In this document: one piece after another, positions 9,322 to 19,472 of the stretch
Position numbering within the stretch: the stretch's first letter is position 1
Layout of the letters: each line of letters starts with the position of its first letter
Assembly: GCA_002314935.1 (NCBI GenBank)
Contig: DCHW01000063.1
Location: 1-61,701, forward strand
Source of the DNA: Clostridiales bacterium UBA1742
GTDB lineage: Bacteria > Bacillota > Clostridia > TANB77 > CAG-508
Direction: 5' to 3'
Length of the DNA: 61,701 bases
The notes under the pieces: model-generated
Seen by the model: only the letters and a program-made list of their open reading frames with translations
Told to the model about the DNA's origin: nothing
The model's database searches: none
Program-made: the position numbers and the translations under genes

Positions 9322-10552
9322 TATTTTAATATTACAAATAATTAATGAATTAGCAATATCAAATGTGATTCCTACACTAGTTTTGTTAACAGTTAATTCA
9401 CTAGTTTGTATGACTATAATATTTAAATCAGTTGAAAATAAAAAAATATGTTATTATATGATGGGATCATATTTTATAAAAATGATGTTATTGTTTTTTG
9501 ATATTTATGGAAAAGATATATATATATTACCTAATAGCGGTTATGATAGTGAAATGTTTTATAAAACAGCAGTAATTGCAAAAATAATAGAAACTAGAGG
9601 TTATACGTTGTTTTTAAAAATATTATTTTATGCTTTTGGAGATAATAGAATAATGTTTCAATATGTTAATATCCTTTTTAGCTTAGGCACACAAATTTTA
9701 ATATTAAATATAATGAAACAATTAAAAATAGATGGTAAAAAAATTCTAATATCATTATTTTTGATATGTTTTCTACCTAATAACATGATTATTTCATCTA
9801 TATTATTACGTGAACCTTTAATGATTTTATTAAATACAATATCATTATATTATTTTATAAAATGGTTTAATACATTTAAAAATAGCTATTTTATAAAAGC
9901 TATAATTTTTGTATTATTGTCAACATATTTTCATTCTTCAATGATATTTATTATATTACCATATTCTTTTGCATACGTTTTTTATAATAAAAATAAAGAT
10001 AAATTTTTATTTACTAAAAAATGTATTTTTACTTTTTCAATTATAATGATATGTTTTTGGGGAATATATAGTATTTTTGGAACTTATCTGTTTAAATATT
10101 TTGAAGGATTAAATGATTTTAACAAAATAACAACTAAAATTAGTAATTATGCAGTGGGGGGGTCAGCATATTTAGGCTTTTTAGCAAATGCTACTTCACC
10201 TATAATTCTTATATTATCAGCTCCACTTAAATTGATTTATTTTTACTGTGCACCAATGCCATGGGACTGGAGAGGTATAGGAGATATTATTGCTTTTTTA
10301 TTAAGTTCATTGATATATATATATATATTATTTAAATGTATAATGTCAAAGAATAAAAATAGCTTAAATAAAATTATAATACTAATTATATTAACATTAG
10401 GATTAGTTTATGGGATGAGTTGTTTTAATACGGGAACAGCTATAAGGCATAGAGAAAAAACAATACCATTTATAGTCATTTTATATAGTTTAATAGAAGA
10501 AAAAGAGAAAAAAGTACATAAACACAATAAAACTTCTACATTTATAAACTAA
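9269..10552 (+). CDS. polytopic membrane protein, O-antigen/EPS polymerase-like (Wzy/EpsG-like)
   Basis: About 425 aa with more than 10 TM segments, inside a polysaccharide locus. Start is uncertain (TTG 9263, ATG 9269 or 9272) and overlaps the upstream gene. Confidence 0.55.
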   Translation: MMKIKVKKSLIIIDLIFNILILQIINELAISNVIPTLVLLTVNSLVCMTIIFKSVENKKICYYMMGSYFIKMMLLFFDIYGKDIYILPNSGYDSEMFYKTAVIAKIIETRGYTLFLKILFYAFGDNRIMFQYVNILFSLGTQILILNIMKQLKIDGKKILISLFLICFLPNNMIISSILLREPLMILLNTISLYYFIKWFNTFKNSYFIKAIIFVLLSTYFHSSMIFIILPYSFAYVFYNKNKDKFLFTKKCIFTFSIIMICFWGIYSIFGTYLFKYFEGLNDFNKITTKISNYAVGGSAYLGFLANATSPIILILSAPLKLIYFYCAPMPWDWRGIGDIIAFLLSSLIYIYILFKCIMSKNKNSLNKIIILIILTLGLVYGMSCFNTGTAIRHREKTIPFIVILYSLIEEKEKKVHKHNKTSTFIN

Positions 10553-10688
10553 TAATAAAAATTATGGAGCAGAAAATGTTGGTATATATAATTATTAATA
10601 ATTTTTATCTAGATGTAATTTAATGATATATCAAAATAATAAAAAATGAAAGGAGCAAGTTATAAGTTAATAATTTGTTAAAAATAAA

Positions 10689-11781
10689 ATGAGTGAAGTG
10701 AAAAGAATATTACATGTTATTGGTGGAATGAATCAAGGAGGAGTAGAAAATCTTCTCATGAATTTATATAGAAATATTGATAGGGAAAAAATACAATTTG
10801 ATTTTTTAGTAAACAGAAAAGGAGTATTTGATGAAGAAATAAAAAATTTAGGAGGAAATATTTATTATATAAAAGCATTACAAAAATCTAGAATAACTAA
10901 ATATATTAAATCTTTAGATGATTTTTTTGTCGACCATAAAGAATATAAAGTAATACATTCACATTTAAACCAAGTAACAGGTATTATTTTAGAAAGAGCA
11001 AAAAAAGCAAATATACCAATAAGAATTTCTCATAGTCATAGTTCTAAAGCACATAAGAATTTAATTATAAAAATATATAAAAATTATTTAGGAAGTAAAA
11101 TAAAACACAATGCAACCATTTTATTACGGGTGTTCTGATAAAGCTTGTAAATGGCTTTATGGAAAGAATAAGGATAAAGCTATAATAATAAAAAATGGAA
11201 TAGAAACAGAAAAATTTTGTTTTAACGAAAATATAAGAAAGAAAAAGAGAGAAGAATTAGGAATAAAAGAATGCGAATTTATAATTGGGCATGTTGGCAG
11301 ATTTTGTGTTGCCAAAAATCATGAATATTTAATAAAAATATTTAATGAATATAATAAAATTAATAATAATTCAAAATTGATATTAATTGGTGATGGAGAA
11401 TTACGAGAAAAAATAACTAAAGAAATAAAAAAATTACATCTTGAAAAAAAAGTATTGATACTTGGATTTAGAAATGATACAAATGAATTACTACAAGCAA
11501 TGGACTGCTTTGTTTTTCCTTCAATTTACGAGGGATTACCACTTTCTTTAATTGAAGCACAAGCAGCTAATTTAATGATTTTAGCATCAAATAAAATAAC
11601 TAAAATGACAGATATTACTGGAAATATTAAATTTTTAGATATAAATCAAAATTCAATAGAATGGGCAAAAAGAATTCCAATAAAACCATTAGAAAGATTT
11701 AATCAAAAATTAAAAATAAAAGAAGCTGGATATGACATAAAAGCTATTTGCCAAGAACTTGAAAAAATATATTTAAAATAA
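10689..11781 (+). CDS. glycosyltransferase family 4/1 (EpsF-like); needs a +1 shift at C11127
   Basis: ORF 10689..11138 (N-domain, GGVENLL) and ORF 11110..11781 (C-domain, FPSIYEGLPLSLIEAQA) join as ...NATILL-G-CSDKACKWLYG when C11127 is skipped. Confidence 0.8.
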
Positions 11782-11888
11782 AAATATTTTTGTATAAAAA
11801 AACAAACTAAAAAAGCATGACTTGATTTTCAAGTATTGTGTTATTAAGTTTAAGGACATATTGCTCTTTACAGAAAGGAAAATATATA

Positions 11889-13427
11889 ATGAATAAAAGT
11901 AGAACAGAAAATTCGTTTAGAAATTTTATTTATGGAATGTCATCAAAAATTATATATATTATTGTTGGATTTATAGCAAGAACTATCTTTATTTATTTGT
12001 TAAACAAAGAATATTTAGGAATAAATAGCCTTTTTACAAATATTTTGACATTACTTTCAATAACAGAATTGGATATAGGGACTGCGATAATTTTTAGTAT
12101 GTACAAACCAATTGCTGAAAATGATAAAGAAAAAATTAAGTTATTAATGAATGTTTATAAAAAAATATACTGTATAATTGGCATAATTGTTTTTTTACTT
12201 GGAATCATATTAATTCCTTTTTTAAAATATATTGTTGGTAGTACTTATAATATAAAAGAAAATCTAATATTAATTTATTTTTTATTTTTAATTAATGCTA
12301 CAATTTCATATTTCTTTTCATACAAAAGATCACTAATTTCTGCAAATCAACAAGAATACATAAACATAAAAACTCATGTTTATGTAAATGTAACAATGAA
12401 TATATTGCAAATTATTGAATTATATATTTTTAAAAATTATATTATTTATTTGGTAATTCAAATAATAATGACAATAATTGAAAACCTTGTTATTGCATAT
12501 AAAACAAATAAATTATATCCATTTATCAAAGAAAAATGTACAATTAATTTTAAAGAAAATGAGAAAAAAGAAATATTTAAAAATTCAAAAAGTATGGTTC
12601 TATATAAAATTGGATTTTTACTTGTAGATAATACAGATAATATAATAATTTCTAGCATGTTAGGAATTGTTTTAGTAGGATTATATTCAAATTATTTTAC
12701 TTTAATAACTGCAATTGCAACAGTGTTAAGAACAGGAATAAGTGGAATAACATCGAGCGTAGGGAATTTGAATGCCATTGAAACTAATTCAAAAAAGAAG
12801 GAAATTCTAGAAGATTTAGTTTTATTATGTAATTGGTTATATGGCATTTGCGGAATAGTATTTTTATGTGTAGTTAATGATTTCGTTCCAATTTGGATAG
12901 GAAAAGAATATGTATTAGATTTATTTACGGTTTTTTCTATAGTATTTTGTTTTTATATTAATGGAATACAAATACCAGGATACTTTTATAGAATTACGAC
13001 CAATGTAATAACCAAAAAGAATATAGTTCCAATAATTGCTATTTTAATTAATATTATTTTATCTGTAATTTTAGGAAATTTTTGGGGATTATCTGGAATA
13101 TTGCTTGCAACAGGAATAGCACGACTATCCACTACTGTTTGGAACGATTTATATAATGTCTATAAGCAAGAATTTAATACACCTGTAAAAAATATATTTT
13201 TTAAAATTATTCAAAATTTTTTGACTGTTGTATTGATAGGAGTTTTATGTGTTTTTATATCAAATTATATTGTTGTAACCAGTTTATGGATATTACTTAT
13301 AAAAGTTCTAATTACATTTATTATTGCCAATGGAATAATGTTATTATGCAATTTTAGAAAAAATGAATTTTTTAGATTAAAAAATAGATTGTTAGGAATA
13401 TTAAATAAAAAAACTATAAACATATAA
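11889..13427 (+). CDS. wzx: polysaccharide flippase (Wzx, MOP superfamily)
   Basis: ATG 11889 after RBS AAAGGAAA. About 512 aa with about 14 TM segments, in locus context. Confidence 0.7.
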   Translation: MNKSRTENSFRNFIYGMSSKIIYIIVGFIARTIFIYLLNKEYLGINSLFTNILTLLSITELDIGTAIIFSMYKPIAENDKEKIKLLMNVYKKIYCIIGIIVFLLGIILIPFLKYIVGSTYNIKENLILIYFLFLINATISYFFSYKRSLISANQQEYINIKTHVYVNVTMNILQIIELYIFKNYIIYLVIQIIMTIIENLVIAYKTNKLYPFIKEKCTINFKENEKKEIFKNSKSMVLYKIGFLLVDNTDNIIISSMLGIVLVGLYSNYFTLITAIATVLRTGISGITSSVGNLNAIETNSKKKEILEDLVLLCNWLYGICGIVFLCVVNDFVPIWIGKEYVLDLFTVFSIVFCFYINGIQIPGYFYRITTNVITKKNIVPIIAILINIILSVILGNFWGLSGILLATGIARLSTTVWNDLYNVYKQEFNTPVKNIFFKIIQNFLTVVLIGVLCVFISNYIVVTSLWILLIKVLITFIIANGIMLLCNFRKNEFFRLKNRLLGILNKKTINI

Positions 13428-13443
13428 TTAAAAGGAAGAAAAA

Positions 13444-14607
13444 ATGAACAAACTAAAATCAATAATTAAAAATAATAAAATTATATATTTTATTTATAAT
13501 TATACATTTTCATTTATTCTTAAATTAATTGGATTATTTTGCAAAATTGATAATAAATTAATTTTATTTAATTCATTTGGGGGAGCAAAATATGATGATA
13601 GTCCTAAAGTAATATATGAATATATGAAAAAAAACAAAGAATATGAAAAATATAAATTAATATGGGTTTTAGATAATCCAGATATAATTAATGATTTATC
13701 TATTAGAACTGTAAAAAATAATTCAATTAAATTCTTTATTACAGCCTTAAAGGCTAAATATTGGATTACAAATTCATCAATGGAAAGAGGCTTAAAATTC
13801 AAGAAAAAAAAGACAATATACATTAATACATGGCATGGAACTCCACTAAAAAAAATGGGAATAGATACGATAACTACGACTAGTAAATTTAGAGTAAGTA
13901 AACCAGATATATTTTATTGTCAAAGTGTTTATGATGCAAATGTTTTTAGTAAATCCTTTCAATATGATAAAAAAACAATGAAAATAAAAGGACTTCCAAG
14001 AAATGATGAATTGTGTGACACAAAATTAGAAGAAATTAGAAATATTAAGGAAAAATTGAAAATACCTTTTGATAAAAAAGTAATATTATATGCTCCAACT
14101 TTTAGAGAATATAATTGTGATATCAATGGATGCTTTATAGCACCACCAATTGATATACACAAATGGAAAGATAAATTAAGCAATGAATACATTGTTTTGT
14201 TTAGAGCTCACTATGAAGTAAACAAAATATTAAATATTAAAGATGATAAATTTATTTATAATATGACTGATTATTCAAACCTAAATGAGTTATTGAAAAT
14301 TTCAGACATTTTGATTTCAGATTATTCAAGTATTATGATTGATTATTCAATTTTGGAAAGGCCAATATATAGTTATTGTTATGACTATGAAGAATATTTA
14401 CAAAAAAGAGGTTTGTATTTTGATTTAAGGGAAAAACTTCCCAATGGTATATGCACAAATGAGGATGATTTATTAAAACAAATACAAGAATGTGATTTTG
14501 AGAAACAAAAAATTAAAACTAGAAAATTAAAAGAAGAATTCGTACAGGTTTATGGAAATGCAAGAAAATATATTGATGAAATCATAAAAAAGGAGGAAAC
14601 AACTTAA
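13444..14607 (+). CDS. CDP-glycerol glycerophosphotransferase (TagB/TagF family)
   Basis: 387 aa. Motifs NTWHGTPLKKMG, ILYAPTFRE and DYSSIMIDYSILERP are typical of the TagF family. Directly followed by tagD. Confidence 0.8.
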   Translation: MNKLKSIIKNNKIIYFIYNYTFSFILKLIGLFCKIDNKLILFNSFGGAKYDDSPKVIYEYMKKNKEYEKYKLIWVLDNPDIINDLSIRTVKNNSIKFFITALKAKYWITNSSMERGLKFKKKKTIYINTWHGTPLKKMGIDTITTTSKFRVSKPDIFYCQSVYDANVFSKSFQYDKKTMKIKGLPRNDELCDTKLEEIRNIKEKLKIPFDKKVILYAPTFREYNCDINGCFIAPPIDIHKWKDKLSNEYIVLFRAHYEVNKILNIKDDKFIYNMTDYSNLNELLKISDILISDYSSIMIDYSILERPIYSYCYDYEEYLQKRGLYFDLREKLPNGICTNEDDLLKQIQECDFEKQKIKTRKLKEEFVQVYGNARKYIDEIIKKEETT

Positions 14608-15039
14608 ATGAAAAGAATTTTAACTTATGGTACTTTTGATTTGTTACATTTTGGACATATTGAAATTTTAAGAAGAGCAAAGGCTTTAGGAGATTATTTA
14701 ATTGTTGCATTATCAACAGATGAATTTAATGAAATAAAAAACAAAAAGGCATATCATAATTTTGAAACTAGGAAGAAGATGCTAGAGGCAATAAGATATG
14801 TCGATTTAGTTATACCAGAAAATTCATGGGATCAAAAAAGAAATGACGTTTTGGAATACAAAGTTGATATAGTTGTAATGGGGTCAGATTGGGAAAAAAA
14901 TGAAAAATTTGAATGCTTGAAGGATATATGTGAAGTGAAATATCTTTCAAGAACAGAAGGAATTTCTACAACAAAAATAAAAAAAGATCTTAAACTACAA
15001 GAACCAATAAATGAAATTAATCAAGTTCCCAACAATTAA
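14608..15039 (+). CDS. tagD: glycerol-3-phosphate cytidylyltransferase
   Basis: MKRILTYGTFDLLHFGHIEILRRAKALGDYLIVALSTDEFN carries the HxGH cytidylyltransferase signature. RTEGISTT lies near the C-terminus. Confidence 0.92.
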   Translation: MKRILTYGTFDLLHFGHIEILRRAKALGDYLIVALSTDEFNEIKNKKAYHNFETRKKMLEAIRYVDLVIPENSWDQKRNDVLEYKVDIVVMGSDWEKNEKFECLKDICEVKYLSRTEGISTTKIKKDLKLQEPINEINQVPNN

Positions 15040-15122
15040 CAATTAGTATAATAATAGATTAAAAATATTTGACATTTGTTTTTCTAATGGTATAATTCAT
15101 GTAAGTGAGAGGAGAGATACAT

Positions 15123-15644
15123 ATGAAAAAAAAATTAGCAATATGGTTATTAGTAGTATTTTTTATAGTAATATTTTCAGTTACTGTTAATGCTGAATCA
15201 GCAGAGGTTCTTTCTAATAAATTATATAATAAGCTTGCACCTTATGGTATGACTAATAATGATAGGGTTAAAGTAGAAAGATATTTAGAACAATATCCTG
15301 TTACAGATGAAGAAGCAGATGTTGTTTTTTCAATGGCAGATCAAATGGTAGAACTAATGAATAAAGCTGGAACAAATGATATATCAAAAATTTCAAATGA
15401 AGAAAAACAAAAGGTTAAAGATATTGCAATAGAGGCAGCGTCGACTGTTGGTGCAACTTTGGTTTTTAAACCTTCTTGGGTAGAAATTTATAGAGATGGA
15501 AAACTTGTTGAAAGTGTAAAATATAGTAATGGAAAACTTGTATATACAGGTAATAACATAAATTTTGCTTTGATTACAGTGGTTTTGGTAGTAGTTGTCC
15601 TTACCTTGACATTAATTCTAAAAAAGAAGAAAGCAAATAAATAA
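15123..15644 (+). CDS. secreted protein with a C-terminal sorting-signal-like tail (LVYTG + TM segment + KKKKANK)
   Basis: ATG 15123 after RBS GAGGAGAG. Signal peptide ending VNAES. C-terminus is LVYTG (15537-15551), a hydrophobic stretch and a basic tail. A sortase gene is immediately downstream. Confidence 0.6.
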   Translation: MKKKLAIWLLVVFFIVIFSVTVNAESAEVLSNKLYNKLAPYGMTNNDRVKVERYLEQYPVTDEEADVVFSMADQMVELMNKAGTNDISKISNEEKQKVKDIAIEAASTVGATLVFKPSWVEIYRDGKLVESVKYSNGKLVYTGNNINFALITVVLVVVVLTLTLILKKKKANK

Positions 15645-15714
15645 AATAAAAAAAACTATAAAAGCAATTATTAAAAATTTTATAGTTGCTTTTATAGTTA
15701 CAATATTAATTTTA

Positions 15715-16248
15715 TTGCTTATAAAACTATTTTTTGGACAACAAATAAACGAAGTAGTTTTACTAATTAATAAATTTGCAATAGTTGATAAAAGTATTTC
15801 TGATAATACAAAAATTGTAATAAATGAAAATCGTAAAGTTTTAGAATCCTATCCAGAATATGGAACACAATATGCAACAATTAAAATACCTAAAATTGAT
15901 ATAAATTTACCTGTTTATTTTGGAGATACCTTAGAAATTTTAAAAAATGGAGTGGGACATTCAAGTGGAAGTTATTTTCCGGGAGAAGGTGGTTCTATTA
16001 TATATATGGGTCATAATTCTAAAAAGATTTTTAGAAATTTTTCAAAATTAGAAATTGGTGATGAAATTTATATTAGTACTACCTATGGCGAATATTCATA
16101 TATAATTTATGATATGCAAATTGTTAATGAAACGGATGTAGAAAAATTACCAATACAGAAAGAGGAGGAAATTCTTATGGTATATACTTGCTATCCATTT
16201 GAAAATATTGGATATGCAAATCAAAGATATGTAGTATATGCTAAATAG
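15715..16248 (+). CDS. sortase family transpeptidase (start uncertain)
   Basis: Catalytic triad context: IIYMGHNS (His), LMVYTCYPF (TC), NQRYVVYAK (Arg). The in-frame region 15646-15714 encodes a TM anchor (KKTIKAIIKNFIVAFIVTILILLL) but has no ATG, GTG or TTG. Confidence 0.75.
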   Translation: MLIKLFFGQQINEVVLLINKFAIVDKSISDNTKIVINENRKVLESYPEYGTQYATIKIPKIDINLPVYFGDTLEILKNGVGHSSGSYFPGEGGSIIYMGHNSKKIFRNFSKLEIGDEIYISTTYGEYSYIIYDMQIVNETDVEKLPIQKEEEILMVYTCYPFENIGYANQRYVVYAK

Positions 16249-16260
16249 AAATGAAATAAT

Positions 16261-17118
16261 ATGAAAAATATTTTAAGCTTTTTTTTAATTATATTTTTGA
16301 CAATATGTTTTATTTTTAGTTTAATTGAAACTTTGTTGTACTGTAATCTTTTTAATTTAAATTCTTTAAAAAAACAACTAGAAAAAAATAATTTTTATTC
16401 AGAGACATATAATTTAGTTATGAAAAATTTTTCAAATTATATAGATCAATCTGGGTTTGATGAAAATATTTTAGAAGGAATTTATACTGAAGAAGATGTT
16501 AAAAATGATATAAACAATATTTTAGACAATATTTATTTAGGAACAAACAATTCAGTTGATGCATTAGAAATTAAGGAAAATTTAAATAAAAAAATTGATG
16601 AATTAGGTGTAAAAAATGAATATAACCAAAAGGCAATAGATGAATTTGTAGACAGCATTTATAATGAATATTTTAATACAATTATAAAAATGGAATATGA
16701 AAATGAAATAAGTAATAGTTTTTTAAAAATCAAATATTGGGTAAAAAACATTATAATAGCAACATATATATTTATAGCTATTTTGGTTGTAGCAAGTTTA
16801 AAAATTAATATAAACAATATAGGAATTTCATTAATATCAAGTGGAATATTTACAGTAATTTCTTATTTATATATAAATAAAAGTATAAATGTTTCGAATA
16901 TTGTAGTCATAACTGATGCTATGTCAAAATTAATCATTTCAATTATTTGTGCAATCTTAAAGACATATTTATTTGTTGGAACAGCTTTTATTACAGCTGG
17001 AATTATTATAATCTGTACACATGAAGAATTGAAAAAAAAAATAATTTTTTTGTTTTTAACACATTTCTACAAATTTCGACAAAAGATATATGCTATAATA
17101 AAAATGAACTTTTTCTAA
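16261..17118 (+). CDS. membrane protein of unknown function
   Basis: 285 aa with an N-terminal TM segment, a soluble acidic middle and four C-terminal TM segments. Confidence 0.5.
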   Translation: MKNILSFFLIIFLTICFIFSLIETLLYCNLFNLNSLKKQLEKNNFYSETYNLVMKNFSNYIDQSGFDENILEGIYTEEDVKNDINNILDNIYLGTNNSVDALEIKENLNKKIDELGVKNEYNQKAIDEFVDSIYNEYFNTIIKMEYENEISNSFLKIKYWVKNIIIATYIFIAILVVASLKININNIGISLISSGIFTVISYLYINKSINVSNIVVITDAMSKLIISIICAILKTYLFVGTAFITAGIIIICTHEELKKKIIFLFLTHFYKFRQKIYAIIKMNFF

Positions 17119-17193
17119 AGTTTAATAATATATATTTATGAAAAAGTGTATATGGGGGAAAGAATATTCAAAGAGATAATGGATATTCTTGAA

Positions 17194-17235
17194 AGAGCTA
17201 AATTAATTTAAACTATTAATTTGGCTCTTTTTTTT
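17194..17235 (+). terminator. rho-independent terminator
   Basis: 14-nt stem AGAGCTAAATTAAT / ATTAATTTGGCTCT (one G-U pair) followed by T8. Confidence 0.8.
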
Positions 17236-17320
17236 GATGTAAAAATAAAGCAAAAAACAAATCAATATAAATATTTAATAAATCTTGACTTTTTATTGCT
17301 TATATTGGTATAATATAAAC

Positions 17321-17601
17321 AATATGTAAAGGCTACGAAGAGAAATAGTATATATTTGTGAACTTTAAGAGAAGAGTTGGTTGGTGCAAAACTTTAAGGG
17401 ATTAAATATAGAACCAGTCTTGGAGCTGTAAAACTGAAATAAAAATAGTAAGTTTTATCGGATGTCCACCGTTATTAGGGAATTAATGTTAAAGTATTAA
17501 ACGTAGATATTAAATGAGAGTAGAAGAAATTCTAAAAATAGGTGGTAACACGGATAAGTATATTCGCCCTAAGTTATTAAACTTAGGGTTTTTGTTTTTT
17601 T
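17321..17601 (+). promoter_or_regulatory. T-box leader (proline specifier) controlling proS
   Basis: Promoter TTGACT (17285-90) and TGGTATAAT (17306-14). AGAGA and GTTGGTGCAA elements. Candidate specifier CCA at 17414-16. T-box sequence AATAGGTGGTAACACGG (17537-53). Terminator CCCTAAGT/ACTTAGGG plus T-run (17567-17601). Confidence 0.85.
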
Positions 17602-17617
17602 ATAAGGAGGATTTTAT

Positions 17618-19303
17618 ATGAGATTAAGTAAAGAATTTTTCTATACATTAAGAGAAGATGCAAATGATGAAGATTCTGTAAGTGGAAAATTACTTGTAAA
17701 AGCTGGTTACATAAGAAAAATAAGTAATGGTGTTTATGCAAAGATGCCTTTAGGAGTTAAAGTTACAGAAAATATTAAAAAAATTGTAAGAGATTGTATG
17801 AACGAAAAAGATGCAACAGAAGTTGCAATGCCATTTTTAATACCTATGGAAATTTTTGAAAAAACTGGAAGAGCAAATAGCTTTGGAGATTTTATGTTTT
17901 CGCTTAATGATAGAGTAAACAGAAATTATGCTTTAGGACCAACTGATGAAGAAATGTTTGCATTAGTTTCTACTAACAAGGTTAAATCGTATAAAGATTT
18001 ACCATATACAATTTATCAAATTGGTACTAAATTTAGAGATGAAATGAGACCAAGATTAGGACTAATTAGAACAAGAGAGTTTACAATGAAGGATGCATAT
18101 AGTTTTGATGCTGATGTTGAAAGCTTGGATAATTCATATCAAAAAATGTTTGATGCATACAATAAAATATTTACTACATTAGGAATGGATTATGTAATAG
18201 TGAGAGCAGATACAGGACTAATGGGAGGAATGTTATCAGAAGAATTTCAGGCGATTTCTGATACAGGTGAAGATATTCTTGTATTATGTGATTCTTGTGA
18301 TTATGCTTCTAATATGGAAATTGGAACATGTAAATCTTTAGAAGATGATACAGCAGAATATCAAGAGGTAAAAGAAATGCATACACCTGATATTGGAAAA
18401 ATTGAAAGTCTTGTTAATGAACTTGGAATTTCTATAGATAAACTTATAAAAACTATGATATATAAGGTTGGAGATACCTTTTATGCATGTATGGTTCCAG
18501 GAAATAGAGAAATAAATGAAACTAAATTAAGCAAATTATTAAAAACAGATGATATATGTTTGGCAGAGCCAGAAGATGTTGTAAGAATTACAAATGCAAA
18601 AGTTGGATTTGCAGGACCAATTGGTTTAGATATTCCTATTATAATGGATGAAGAAATTTCTCATAAAAAGAATTTTGTAGTAGGAGCAAATAAAAGCGAT
18701 TATCACTTGGAAAATGTAAACGTTAAAGATTTTAACCCTACAATTATTGCTGATATAAAAAATGTTTTAGAGGGTGATATTTGCCCTAAATGTGGTGGAA
18801 AAATTTATTTAAAAAAAGGAATTGAAGTTGGAAATACTTTTAAACTTGGTACAAAATATTCTGAAGGAATGGGATTAAATTATTTAGATAAAGATAATAA
18901 ACTTCAACCTGTTGTTATGGGATCTTATGGAATTGGTATAGAAAGAATAGCAGCTGCTTTGGTAGAACAAAATCATGATGAAAATGGAATTATCTGGCCA
19001 ATTAATGTTGCTCCATACAAAGTTGGAATAGTATTAATAAACAATAAAGATGAAAATCAAGTGGAAGTAGCTGAAAGATTATATAAAGAATTAATGGATT
19101 TAAATATTGATACAATAATTGATGATAGAGATGCAAGACCAGGTGTTAAATTTAAAGATATGGATTTAATTGGTACACCAATAAGAATTACAGTTGGAAA
19201 AGGATGTATTGATAATAAAGTTGAATTAAAACTTAGAAAAGAAAATGAAGTAGAAGAAGTAGATATTGAATCTATCATTCAAAAAATTAAAGAAATAATA
19301 TAA
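17618..19303 (+). CDS. proS: proline--tRNA ligase
   Basis: 561 aa with class II motifs (FRDEMRPRLGLIRTREFTMKDAYSF; GSYGIGIERI) and an editing-domain insertion. Confidence 0.95.
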   Translation: MRLSKEFFYTLREDANDEDSVSGKLLVKAGYIRKISNGVYAKMPLGVKVTENIKKIVRDCMNEKDATEVAMPFLIPMEIFEKTGRANSFGDFMFSLNDRVNRNYALGPTDEEMFALVSTNKVKSYKDLPYTIYQIGTKFRDEMRPRLGLIRTREFTMKDAYSFDADVESLDNSYQKMFDAYNKIFTTLGMDYVIVRADTGLMGGMLSEEFQAISDTGEDILVLCDSCDYASNMEIGTCKSLEDDTAEYQEVKEMHTPDIGKIESLVNELGISIDKLIKTMIYKVGDTFYACMVPGNREINETKLSKLLKTDDICLAEPEDVVRITNAKVGFAGPIGLDIPIIMDEEISHKKNFVVGANKSDYHLENVNVKDFNPTIIADIKNVLEGDICPKCGGKIYLKKGIEVGNTFKLGTKYSEGMGLNYLDKDNKLQPVVMGSYGIGIERIAAALVEQNHDENGIIWPINVAPYKVGIVLINNKDENQVEVAERLYKELMDLNIDTIIDDRDARPGVKFKDMDLIGTPIRITVGKGCIDNKVELKLRKENEVEEVDIESIIQKIKEII

Positions 19304-19472
19304 TAAAAATAAAAGGTAATCATTTACACTTGATTTTAGTAAAATATTGTTATTTTTCTATTGCAAATATTAAATTATATAGATATAATATTTTAGTATG
19401 AGAAACAAAAGGTAAAAAATATTTTGTTGTATATTTATAATTAAAACACGAAATTTAGTTGGAGGAATACAA

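Noticed and set aside
17149-17208. Small ORFs (13-19 aa) between 16261..17118 and the proS T-box
   Set aside because: They have no convincing RBS. The region is fully explained by the strong terminator hairpin at 17194-17235.
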